DNA of 60,953 nucleotides, counting the filler. It is 6 parts of 6 records of this genome, joined end to end, with 100 filler letters (N's around TTAATTAATTAA, not from the genome) between each part and the next. Parts side by side here need not be neighbours in the genome. Positions count along the whole stretch, not along the records: positions 15,310 to 26,669 come from SRR15195285_1179; positions 26,770 to 31,030 come from SRR15195285_1184; positions 31,131 to 36,544 come from SRR15195285_1186; 3 more parts are not named here. One strand, written 5' to 3'. The position numbers were made by a program, and so were the translations under genes. Of this stretch, positions 23,001-31,564 are shown one piece after another. Below the pieces are notes generated by a model that was given only the letters and a program-made list of their open reading frames with translations, was not told where the DNA came from and did not search any database. Within the stretch, counting starts at the first letter, position 1. Every line of letters starts with the position of its first letter.

Positions 23001-26000
23001 CTTGCCAGACGGAGGACCGAAGACGCCCTTACGGCGCTTGTCCATCTTGCCGTCCAGGATATCTTGCGTCATGTTCGCGGATGTCTGGGCAGAGAACGTC
23101 AGTGTCAGCGGGAGCTGCTTTTGTGCGTTAAGGCCTTCCTGCAGGTATTTCATCACGTTCACTGTCTTGCCAGTGCCCGAGACACCAGTGTGCAGGCACA
23201 TCTTCCTGTTCTTCGACAGTTGGTCTAACAGGTAAGTATAGCAGATGCTGTCTTTGGTAGGGATGATCATCTCCTGGAACTCGGCGCCGTTCGGAACTTC
23301 GTAAGGAGGTTGCGTGTCTAGCCACCCGACCCATGATGGAGCACCACCAGCCTTGCCAGGTTCCGCACCGCCGAGGTCTAGCACGTAGTCGTACACCATT
23401 CCATCGTCAGGGAATGGAAGAGATGCTCCGTGCTTCGCCATCTCCTCTCTGAAGAACTTGTCGAACTTCTCACGTCCTTGCGCGTCACCAGTGCACCCAA
23501 GCGACCAGACGAACGCGAAGTAAAACAAGGGCTCTACTATCTTCCCGAGCTGGTCCAGCATCTCCTTTGAGATCGGGTCCATACTGTCGTCCCATTTATA
23601 CGCAACCATGTAGCAATCCAGGATGTTCAGGCAAGACATGCAAAGGTTGTTATTCACCGTCGGGACTGGCTCTTCAACGTTGCGGCGCAGCCAGAACACG
23701 GTAGGCTCCAGGTATTTGTCGAAAAGATCTTGGAAAAGCTCTCCGTGCTTCTTGCAGGCATCCGGGATGCGGTACTGAATCCACGAGCGAACCAGTGCAT
23801 CAAGGCCCAAACTCTTCGGCTCCATGTAGATCATGCCACAACGGCTGACTGTCGCAGGGCTCGCGACAGCCAAATCTTCGACCTCGAACATCATAGTCAT
23901 CTCGTCAGACATCTTGATGATTTCTCCAGAATTCAGGCAGAGCTTCTTGTTGTCGTCGAGTACTGTGTTCATGTTCTCGATCCAGATGGCATCCACCAGC
24001 CCATCGAACATGATCCACTTCTTGTCAGGCGAGTTGTCCACCACAAAATCACGCATGCCGTTGGCAACGATACCATCTGACCACTCGTGTGTGACGTCGT
24101 CAAACTGGCCATACAGCTGGCCCATGGTGATCGACTTGGGGTTCAGAATGAATTGCTTGACGGGTTCAAATTCGCCGACCCCCATTGCCTTCAGCTTGCC
24201 CATGGCCATGGCCAAGGTCTTGTAGCACTTGGTCTTGCCGCCACCCGTCGGCCCGACAAGCATCATGCCGTGGCGAACCAATGTCATCGAGTAGAGCTCG
24301 ATGACCTTATTGATCAAAAACTCGTGCTGCTGCAAGCCCTGGTCGTCAATCGACTCGCGAATCATCAATTCTAGGTCACCGTAGTCGATCTTTGGTGTGT
24401 CAAGCGTCGGGAATAGATCCTTGATGATACCAGCGAAAAGTGGCAGGTCCTGGGCCAAGAATTTCGGCACGTTGACATCGACAAGTGCACGTAGAAGAAG
24501 CATCTCCTCCAACGCATCTGGTTCGTCGGACTTCAGGTTACCACCTGCTACAATCACGGTCTTCACGGCACGCATACCGTAGTCATAATGCGACTGCGAC
24601 GAGAGCTGCTCAGAGCAGAGACGGAACGTGGCCACCATCGTGCGCCCGAGGCGCTGGGCGTCCCCAAACCCGAATGAGATAAACATGATCTCGCCGATGA
24701 GACCGTAGTCGGGAACCATCATAGACATAGGACGGAACAATGCCTGCAGATTATCTGGAAGCTCAGTGCGACCCGCGTAACCCGGATTCATGGTGATAAA
24801 CACAGCAAATGAATCTTTCAGAGGGATGTCGGAGCCTTCGAACAAGAAACGCTTCTGGCCGTTCTTAATCGCAGCAACGATCGTGATCATCTGTTGTGCA
24901 ATGACGCTCAACACTTCGATGTCAATCCGATTGAACTCATCGAAGCAGGCCCATGCACCAGCACTAGCCAGACCTTTGAAAAACTTTCCCATGGCCTTGT
25001 AGTCTAGACTGTCAGAACAATTGAACACAACGCACATCTTGGCGAGTGCCTTGGCGAGATCCTTAGTTGTCTCAGTCTTGCCTGTGCCGGCTGGTCCAGC
25101 TGGTGCACCACCAAGATCGAGATACATTGCTCCCATCAGCGTCATGTAGCAACGGTCAGTGAGCGGGGTGATCACAAGGCGGAAACTGTTGCCCAGGTAT
25201 TCGTAGCCGTAATACTGGCACGCCTGGACCAGCTTGATCCATAGGTCAGGGCCATCGCCCGGAGCTGCTTGACACCCCGTAGGATCTGGGCAGCTGCTCT
25301 TGTGCTTACCCTCACGCCGCTCCCAGTAGTAACGCATTTGCGACACCCAGTCGAAATCGTTGATCGTCTTGATCTCGTTCTTCACCAACTTAGCGACGAC
25401 GTCACGAGCGTGCACCTCGATCACAATCAAAGCACCGATACCCATTCTTTGCTGCTTCGTCAAGTCACCTCGCACCAGGTTGATAAGATCGTCGATCTGT
25501 GCCAAGGCTTGCTTGTAGTATTCCCTGACACCATCTGTGCCCGATGTGGTGATCTTTTCCTCGAGTTCTAGAGTCCAGAAGTACTGGCTGCCGTTGATTA
25601 CGCACATGGCCGCATGTTCCCTGACCCAGTCAGATCGGGCAGATTGGTAATAGGCCTTAATCGCGTTCTCCATCGACAAACGCACACTCCGTTGCATCAT
25701 ACGCTCTACCTGTGTCAACCAGTCTTCAACGTTGCCCTTCGGGTACAACTTGTCTGCAAACGCTACTTGTTCGCCCTCGCCAGAGATCATCTCTACCATA
25801 GCGAGATCGTCCTCGAACTTCAGCTTCGCAATCGCCTCGAAACACTTCCGCAAGTGAGGCTGGACTGCACGCGGGTCTTTAGTTTGCGAGAGGATCTCGA
25901 GCAGCTCGTCGTTCGAAAGGAAGTAGAAACGAGCGAATCCAGCACGTTTGGTTTCGAGGTAGTCATTCAGACCTTTGCTAACAAGCTCGAGAAGCTTGTT

Positions 26001-26669
26001 GCTCTCCTGGAAGTCGACGAGCAACTTCTCGTTCGAGCAGAACGCGATCACTCCCGGGTTCTTTCTGGCATTGGCCATATTCTTACGCCATTTCTGGTCG
26101 ACTGTGCCGAACCGAGTGGATTCTAGCGGAAGCTGTTTCTTGATGTCGTCGCTGGAGAAAATGGGCTCCAAGTACATCCAATTCCGCTGGCATGCCAGCC
26201 ACTCATCGATCACTTCGCTGACGGTGTTCAGCTTACGGTCCCAGTCAGCAATCTCCTGCTCGAAGACGCCCTTGAAAGGCGAGAAGCCGATCGCTTGGGT
26301 CATTGTGATCTGGTCATCCAGCTGCTGAACCATTTCCTCGCTGCCTTTCAGAGCGGAGGTACCGGTGTCACGATAGTCCATCAGGTCTAGATCAACACCT
26401 TCCCATTGTGAGTACATGCCGGTTAGAGCAGTTTCAAGCGTGTACTCCTTGCCGGCAATTTCTCCGATCTTCTCAATCGCTTCAACGTGTTCCAGCAGAT
26501 TCATCTCGAGGCACTTCTCCAGCGTGAAGTGCTTGTCAGGCTTGACGGACATGCCGATGTCTTCGCTGAGCTTGTCCCAGTGACGATCACGCATACCCGG
26601 ATTGCACAGAGCCAGCAGAAGCGGGAGCGTCGGCTTGAAGTCCTCCATCTGGGTGCGGACCTGCTCGCA
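17034..26669 (-). CDS. DNAH: Axonemal dynein heavy chain, single-headed inner-arm type (5'-partial)
   Basis: 3204-aa ORF open to the contig edge. AAA P-loops GPAGTGKT, GPTGGGKT, GVSGTGKT and GVGGSGRQS, plus CFDEFNRI, stalk/MTBD and C-terminal TTGHSTNYV. No intron in 9.6 kb. The inner-arm subclass (DNAH1/3/7-like) is inferred from overall resemblance. Confidence 0.97.
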   Translation of the reverse strand, partial: CEQVRTQMEDFKPTLPLLLALCNPGMRDRHWDKLSEDIGMSVKPDKHFTLEKCLEMNLLEHVEAIEKIGEIAGKEYTLETALTGMYSQWEGVDLDLMDYRDTGTSALKGSEEMVQQLDDQITMTQAIGFSPFKGVFEQEIADWDRKLNTVSEVIDEWLACQRNWMYLEPIFSSDDIKKQLPLESTRFGTVDQKWRKNMANARKNPGVIAFCSNEKLLVDFQESNKLLELVSKGLNDYLETKRAGFARFYFLSNDELLEILSQTKDPRAVQPHLRKCFEAIAKLKFEDDLAMVEMISGEGEQVAFADKLYPKGNVEDWLTQVERMMQRSVRLSMENAIKAYYQSARSDWVREHAAMCVINGSQYFWTLELEEKITTSGTDGVREYYKQALAQIDDLINLVRGDLTKQQRMGIGALIVIEVHARDVVAKLVKNEIKTINDFDWVSQMRYYWERREGKHKSSCPDPTGCQAAPGDGPDLWIKLVQACQYYGYEYLGNSFRLVITPLTDRCYMTLMGAMYLDLGGAPAGPAGTGKTETTKDLAKALAKMCVVFNCSDSLDYKAMGKFFKGLASAGAWACFDEFNRIDIEVLSVIAQQMITIVAAIKNGQKRFLFEGSDIPLKDSFAVFITMNPGYAGRTELPDNLQALFRPMSMMVPDYGLIGEIMFISFGFGDAQRLGRTMVATFRLCSEQLSSQSHYDYGMRAVKTVIVAGGNLKSDEPDALEEMLLLRALVDVNVPKFLAQDLPLFAGIIKDLFPTLDTPKIDYGDLELMIRESIDDQGLQQHEFLINKVIELYSMTLVRHGMMLVGPTGGGKTKCYKTLAMAMGKLKAMGVGEFEPVKQFILNPKSITMGQLYGQFDDVTHEWSDGIVANGMRDFVVDNSPDKKWIMFDGLVDAIWIENMNTVLDDNKKLCLNSGEIIKMSDEMTMMFEVEDLAVASPATVSRCGMIYMEPKSLGLDALVRSWIQYRIPDACKKHGELFQDLFDKYLEPTVFWLRRNVEEPVPTVNNNLCMSCLNILDCYMVAYKWDDSMDPISKEMLDQLGKIVEPLFYFAFVWSLGCTGDAQGREKFDKFFREEMAKHGASLPFPDDGMVYDYVLDLGGAEPGKAGGAPSWVGWLDTQPPYEVPNGAEFQEMIIPTKDSICYTYLLDQLSKNRKMCLHTGVSGTGKTVNVMKYLQEGLNAQKQLPLTLTFSAQTSANMTQDILDGKMDKRRKGVFGPPSGKQYVILVDDLNMPKKEEYGAQPPIELLRQWADHGGWFDRKTLTFMKIVDLVWVGAMGPPGGGRQPVTNRYMRHFNIIGYTELRDDSMTLIFSTILSNFLSKDFPEEVAALSGPTISATIKLYNTIAAELLPTPEKSHYTFNLRDMSKVIQGMLNCNNKCVLEPKGLVVLWAHETRRVFKDRMINNKDRNWFEGQLQTLSSEFFDLQWAEIFTNAEGVLDDLVFYGEYIVPNADPKFYDHLNDMTKLTAVMNEYLEDYNAQSNAPMPLILFTDAMEHVSRICRVIRQPMGNALLLGVGGSGRQSLTRLATFMAEFELFKIEVAKGYGMNEWREDLKTCLKMAGVEGKPTVFLFVDTQIVMETFLEDLNNILNTGDVPNLMSAPEDQDAIATAARPVCAAKGLQANKMNFDAVYVSRVRQNLHLVLAMSPIGDVFRERLRQFPSLVSCCTIDWFAEWPEQALTSVAASTLDSVELSDESVRPGLVEMVMYVHKSVEDVSTEYFDALKRKNYVTPTSYLELLSTYEKLLAEKREEVGGLCQRLSVGLDKLITTGEEVAVMQEELVALQPVLEKTQKEVADMMVVIKSDTEEANEVKAVVAADEAAAEAKAAECKAIADDAQADLDEALPALDKALKSLELLSKNDIVEVKGLQKPPDGVRLVISAVCIMFEVKPKKVAAPDGRGKVDDYWDVGKALLNDPNKFLKSLFDYDKENIPEKVINKISPYIENELFTPEVIAKVSKACTAVCQWVHAMHKFYHVSRSIEPKRKALADSQAELKVTMDGLAVTKAKLKEVVDKLDLLDKNYKEAVAKQDELAATVADCEAKLGRAHQLLGGLGGEKVRWQATVEKLNQDYIKLQGDVIVAAGSIAYLGPFTSTYRDKICAMWRAKLVEKSVPHNEGSSLLTVMMDPVKVRAWGLQGLPSDNVSTENAIIVTSARRWPLMIDPQLQGNKWVRNMEKEHGLDLIKLTDKDYLRTLENAIRFGRAILLENVYESLDAALEPVLGKQTFKQRGTEMIKLGDSIVPYHQEFKFYMTTKLANPHYAPEVSVKVSLLNFMITMEGLQEQLVNVVVEQERADLATKRGELVVQMAKMKKEMQDIEDEILHLLANSQGNILDDEVLINTLASSKVTSEEIKVKVEAAEVTSAEIAETSEKYVPVAFRGAILFFCISNLNNVDPMYEYSLGWFMNLFILGINKAEQPEDPEDLPQRVVNINEYFTYSLYCNICRSLFEQHKLLFSFLVTIRILQGNKEIDPTEWAFLIKGPSSIECALPNPAPDWLTEGSWIEISNVAKIPAFNGLDSDFATYLTEFKAIFDSVTAHEDALPGPWDEKLNSFQKMLFCRCLRADKVVEASQNYITEKFGQKYIEPPAFDLAACFDDATNMTPLIFVLSAGADPMADLVRFATEMKMNKKLASISLGQGQGPIAASMIEEGMERGTWVLLQNCHLAKSWMTAFDKIVEEFSPDKMHRDFRLWLSAMPSPVFPVAVLQNGVKMTLEPPKGLKANVRRTFLAFKPEKLTESNNGAAWRKLLFSIAFFHALVQERRKFGPLGWNILYAFSDMDLACCVEQIHDFIDEYEDIPYKVMLILCGDVNYGGRVTDDKDRRALMSILDQYITPKAMDDDYKFSPSGTYYIPEDGETKEHYLEYVSTLPINPAPEVFGLDDNADITCAQNEMLKMFSIVVSLDGAGGGGGGGGKTPEEIVFELCDSYLELIPKPMNEEDVYNKYPTDYNECMNTVLMQEVTRYNCVLAVIHESCAQLKLAIGGFVVMSSELEKAFRSINNNQVPGMWQDFSYPNLMPLASWINDLIERMKFVQSWYDNGAPASFWISGFFFPQAFLTGVRQNYARLHQLPVDTIDYDYIVRDDVDWGELTEAPVKEEGGCYVYGMYIEGATWDDKTHQLADPRPKELFSKMPSFWLKPVQNREHPTHEFREAEGMYQVPLYKILTRAGVLLTTGHSTNYVMNVEVATDRPQDYWIRAGCAMFLALRS

Positions 26670-26769
26670 NNNNNNNNNNNNNNNNNNNNNNNNNNNNNNN
26701 NNNNNNNNNNNNNTTAATTAATTAANNNNNNNNNNNNNNNNNNNNNNNNNNNNNNNNNNNNNNNNNNNN
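26670..26769. other. Artificial contig spacer
   Basis: Same N44-TTAATTAATTAA-N44 linker. Confidence 0.99.
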
Positions 26770-27036
26770 GCGCACCCCGACCTGGGAATCACATTGTGAT
26801 CGCCTAACCGGGATTCCCAGATCTACCGCACAGCAGCCCGCGCCTGCGTGCCCGGCCGGCGCGCGGCCACGCGCGCGCGCGCACGCGTGTACACATGATC
26901 ATGTACGCATGGACCGGCCGGGCCGCGGCGGACGAAGAAGCGGGCCGCCGCGGGGGGGGGGGTCGCGACGCGCCGCGGGGACGTGTACGTCGATCGACGA
27001 ACGTAACGCGCGGGGAGCACACCGCGGCACCTCGGG

Positions 27037-30000
27037 ATGAAGCATGCTCTCCTGCTCGGCTTGTGCATTGGCAGAGTTCAGCACGCTGCGGCTGCTGCGC
27101 CGCCACCGACGACCGACCCGTTCGCACACTGTGGGAACGACGAGGTACGACCGACAGTACGATGCATCGATACTAGCTAGTTGTACTTGTAGTATATATA
27201 GCTAGGGAACCGACACAGTGTGTCGTATCTTGATGGAGAACGTGCAACGTACGGGGGTTGCCCCTGTGCAAGCCACACATATTGAGGTCGAATGACCAGG
27301 ATGATTTGTACAGTAGAGGCTTACTCAGATAGAGTGGCTTAAATGGACTCGGTGTCGCAGGCTGGGATCGAGGGGAGTGGTGGCGAGCTGAACACGCCGT
27401 TCGGCACGCACCCATACTGCTGTGGCAATACGACCTGGTCATCATTCTCTTGGCGGGCAAAGGCTTCGCCAAACGCTCCTGTCAGCCCAGATCTGCAACC
27501 AGCTAGTGGTACAGGGCGGGCTAACGCAAGCTGGTGTCTCAAGGAAGGCCCCGCCCACCCTTCGAGCTTCGACTGTTTCACCTTTTATATCAACGCATCG
27601 AAGGGCAGCCCCGGCGGTGGTGCTGCATCGGGCTACAATGGACGCAACTACTCGGAAACGCGTGCCGCTGGCGAGTGGACGAACTGGCGTGAGTTCCATC
27701 CGAACGACGCCACGATGGACCACGATGGCACCATGCCGACGGAAGGGGGGACAGTTGGCGCGTACCATTGCTACGCCTATCCTAACTTCTATATGGATCC
27801 AATCCGTCACTTGGTAGTGCCGCTGACCGTCCACGGCGTTTACACTGGCAACATGAGTACAATTACCATCGAAGTTAAGCCAGGTGGCGCCAAAGCAGGT
27901 CAACCGACCTACCAGCTGAATGCCACCGTCAGTGGATTAGGCAACACCATGACCGCAATGTCAAGCATTAGCGTCCCGTTGGTCGTGACGCGGGAGAACC
28001 TGACGGACGCCGAGGGCGGCGGCCGTCCGTTGTTGACTGAGCGTGAGAAGCATTCACGGCTATGGTCGGCGCTTCCAAAGATCCCACGCGCACCACAGAA
28101 GATCTTGATCAAACAGGGATTTCATGGCGGGAATGATATCGGTGATTGGCATGACGCGGCACACGCCCTTGTCGGGATGGGTGCCTCTGCGATCAGCGCA
28201 CCACCGAGCGCTGCCGTCTCCAAGATTTTCCAAGCGGCAGGCGTCACGGCGGCTGGCCTAGGAGGTGGCTTGCACCCAAACTATGAGATGACTTATCGCT
28301 CTCCGATTCTCAATTTTTCGACTGACTGCGGTGCGGCGAGCAGCGATGTTGACCACTGTTGGGGGAGCACTGATGCGGAGGTTGAGGCCAACCTCAAGCT
28401 CTGGGCAGACGGGCTGATTCGGCCAATGCGGAGCGCAGGCTTTCAGCAGCTGACGCAGTTCGCTCTTCACGATGAGCTGGGCTATGATTTTGCGATGGTC
28501 GGAGTGACGCCCGACTCTGGTCCGAATAACATCACGCACAATCCGCGGGTATTCGCGCGCTTCCACAGCTACCTTCGCAACATGAGTGGCCTCACCACTC
28601 CACAGAACTTTGGAGCCAGCAGTTGGGGTGACGTAATTCCACTCACGCGCAGCAATCTCACCGCCACTGCTGCTGTCACGCACTCGGCTGCAGTAGAGCA
28701 TGGCCTACGCGTGCGTTACTATTGGTCAATGCGCTTTGTCGCATGGGATGTCGAGACATGGTACGCGAAGGCGACTGCAGCGCTGGTCGCAGCCAATGGG
28801 GGCGAACGCTTTTCGATCTACACAAACTGGAACAATGTGCGTCGTGATTTTTCATTGCGATATTGTGTTACCACGGACTCTGTGCTTGTCGTGGAGTGTG
28901 TGGTTGTTTGACTACGTTATCTGCACTGCAGTTCCACGGGCGCCTCTACAGCCCAGGGTGTGCTGGACCTCCAGCACCTGCTAGTGACTGCAAGGCCGAC
29001 TACGGTTCAATGGATTGGTTCGAAGCGGGCAGGCTGCGTGCTGGCACTATGCTATGGACTGAAGACTGGTTCGGCGACTCAAAAGCTTCGGAGTGGACCT
29101 ACCTTGCAGCCCGTCTCCGGTCCGCTGCCAAGCTTGGCCATGTTCAGTTCGGCGGCTATATTGTGCCCCGTGGCCCGACGGGTGGAGTTGCCCATGGGAC
29201 AGTCGGACTCCTCAAGAAAGCGATTGCACTAGTCGGATCAGGAGCATCAGCGATTGACTGGTTTGAATTTGGGCCAGAAGATATGTTCCCAGTACGTAGT
29301 TGTCGCCTGCTGCTTTCTACTGGACTCTCATTTTAACAGGTTGCACGCGCACGTGTTGGCGCGTGGCACTGTTGTAGTTCCTTTTGGATTTAGGATTTCG
29401 GAATGTCTGAAAAAGGTCTTGTGTTTGCCGGCAGGGTAATTGTTGGTCCGCGATAGGGATGCATGAACAAAATCATACGACGTTCAAGTACATCGCTGAG
29501 GCCAGTCGGATGATTGCTGAAGTAGAGGACATCCTTTCGGCTGGAACCACGCCCATTTCTCAAGTCGCTTTGCTTTACCCGCGGTCTGCATGGCTGTGGG
29601 ATAATGCGAGTGGTGGCATCTATGGACCAGTGGGTCCACACGGGACAGAAGATCAGGGGGCGACAGCGATGGACTACATGGCTGTGATCGCTGGGCTATT
29701 CCGGGTGATCCAGCAGCAGAACAACATCCAGGTGGACTTCATCGATGAGGACAGCCTCACGGCTGAGGGACTCGCGAACCATTCTGCCCTGAGTACGTTG
29801 CACGTGCCACTTGAGCTCATGTTGCTGCGACCATTGGACAGTCGGCTGATTGGTGCAATGGTGTGTTCCAGTTCTGACCGAACCAGACCTGCCGGCAGAG
29901 GGCCTCGCAGCGGTGCTTACATGGGTCAGGGAAACAGGTGGGCACCTACTAACAGTCGCGGGTGCGGCAGCGCACGATCGCTACCACAAACCTTCAACGG

Positions 30001-30731
30001 AACTGCAAGCAGCGACTGGGATCAAGGAAGCACCGCACCAGCGTCTGATGGTCAACAACGCTGCACGGCTGATACCAGTCGCCGATGGGACAGGCGATCT
30101 CGGCAATTTCACGGCATTTGGTCCACCGACACACCTGAAGCTAGGAACAGGATTGAGTACAGTGACAGTCAAGCCAGGTAGTGGCGCTGTTGTCACTGCA
30201 AGATTCACCAACGGGACAGCAGCGATCGCACAAAATCCTGCGGTTGGAAAAGGTGCAGTGACACACTTTGCGTTCATGCCATGCATTCACTTCAATCAGA
30301 TCGATCCATTCAAGCCGCAGCCGCATTTCGACAACATCACAAACTTTACGGACTCCTCGGAGAAGTACGTGCTGCGCTTCCTAATGGATGCCGGGGTGGT
30401 ACCACGGGTGCGCTTATCTCTACCCATATCGGAGCTTACGACCTCTGCCGGGTCTCCAGTACAGGTCGAGACGCCGTTGATCGTGTCGAATGATGGGGCG
30501 GTGCTCACGCTGCTGAATTGGCGGGAGACTCCAGTTAGTGGGATGCAGGTCAGCGTTGTCCTAGACTTTGACGTGGACAGGGTGGTGGCCATTCGTGCGA
30601 TGTCATCGACCAACGCCGAGCTGCAATTCGATTCAATACCTAGCGCAGGTGGACAGTACATAGTGAAGTTCAAGGTAAGGTTGCTTGAGCACAGCGACTT
30701 CATCAAATTGACGAGGAGGACTAAACTTTGA
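27037..30731 (+). CDS. Putative secreted glycoside hydrolase, GH42/beta-galactosidase-trimerisation-like (exons 27037-27144, 27361-28836, 28932-29291, 29435-29792, 29872-30731; ~1053 aa)
   Basis: Four ORFs join in frame via canonical introns: YTNWNN|FHGR, FGPEDMFP|GNCWS, SALI|LTEPD. TIM-barrel-like motifs ALHDELG and LWTEDW, then VALLYPRS...WD and QVDFIDEDSL, typical of class-I GATase-like trimerisation domains. The putative first exon encodes a signal-peptide-like MKHALLLGLCIGRVQHAAA. That exon and the enzyme family are less certain than the gene itself. Confidence 0.7.
27145..27360 (+). other. Probable intron (216 bp)
   Basis: GAG|GTACGA...TGTCGCAG|GCT, phase 0. It links the signal-peptide-like exon to the main ORF. 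Confidence 0.55.
28837..28931 (+). other. Intron (95 bp)
   Basis: GTGCGT...TTGAC...CTGCAG, phase 0, restores frame. Confidence 0.85.
29292..29434 (+). other. Intron (143 bp)
   Basis: GTACGT...GGCAG, phase 0, gives FP|GNCWS. Confidence 0.8.
29793..29871 (+). other. Intron (79 bp)
   Basis: GTACGT...CTGAT...TTCCAG, phase 1, restores frame. Confidence 0.85.
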
Positions 30732-31004
30732 CGAAGCGTGGCGCGTACATGGCGAGACGTAGTACGCCGCGGTTCCAATGGACAAGATTCTGTGCCCAGA
30801 CCATAGCGTCAAGGTCTACTGCCCCATTTTTTAAAAAAGGAAATCGTTGGGCTTGACATGGATGGGGGAGCGCGGGCTGGCTCGTGGGGCGATAAATTCG
30901 GGAATCAAGTTTTCGTCCCTGGTTTTTTTAACCCCAAAAGCCGATCAAGTGCATCTTGAAAAACCGAGAACCAGCCACCGCCCCCGGCTGTTACACTCCC
31001 TGAA

Positions 31005-31030
31005 CTGCTGCTGCTGCTGCTGCTGCTGCT
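31005..31030. repeat. (CTG)n microsatellite at contig end
   Basis: Perfect trinucleotide run next to the spacer. Confidence 0.9.
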
Positions 31031-31130
31031 NNNNNNNNNNNNNNNNNNNNNNNNNNNNNNNNNNNNNNNNNNNNTTAATTAATTAANNNNNNNNNNNNNN
31101 NNNNNNNNNNNNNNNNNNNNNNNNNNNNNN
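31031..31130. other. Artificial contig spacer
   Basis: Same linker. Confidence 0.99.
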
Positions 31131-31564
31131 TGCGGTGCGTGGCGTACTGACGCGCCGCGAGCGAGCCGGCGGCCACGCAGACACGCTCGCCTTGCAGGTT
31201 ACTGATCTCGCGGGCCAACAGTACGTGTCACACCGGCTGGCATAAATGCTGGAGCCACACGAGGTTGGCAGCCGCTAGATATGAACATAGCCTAGGAGGT
31301 GCCGCCTGAGAGATCGGGAGCCTATTAGCTGCGGAAGCGCACCGCGGCGAGTCGCCGCGCGAGTTGCTACAAATGTGGTAGTAGCGCACTGCTGCATGCA
31401 CCGACCGTGACCAGTTGTAGTAAGATCTAGTACGCACACTGTGTGCGACAAGTTCTGCTTGATCGACGCCCTGCTGCGTGGCTGGCGCCAGGGCGCCGCT
31501 TCCACTGCGCCGCCGAGCGGCAGCCAGGCCTCTCCTCGGCAGAGGAACAACGCAGTGAAGTGCC

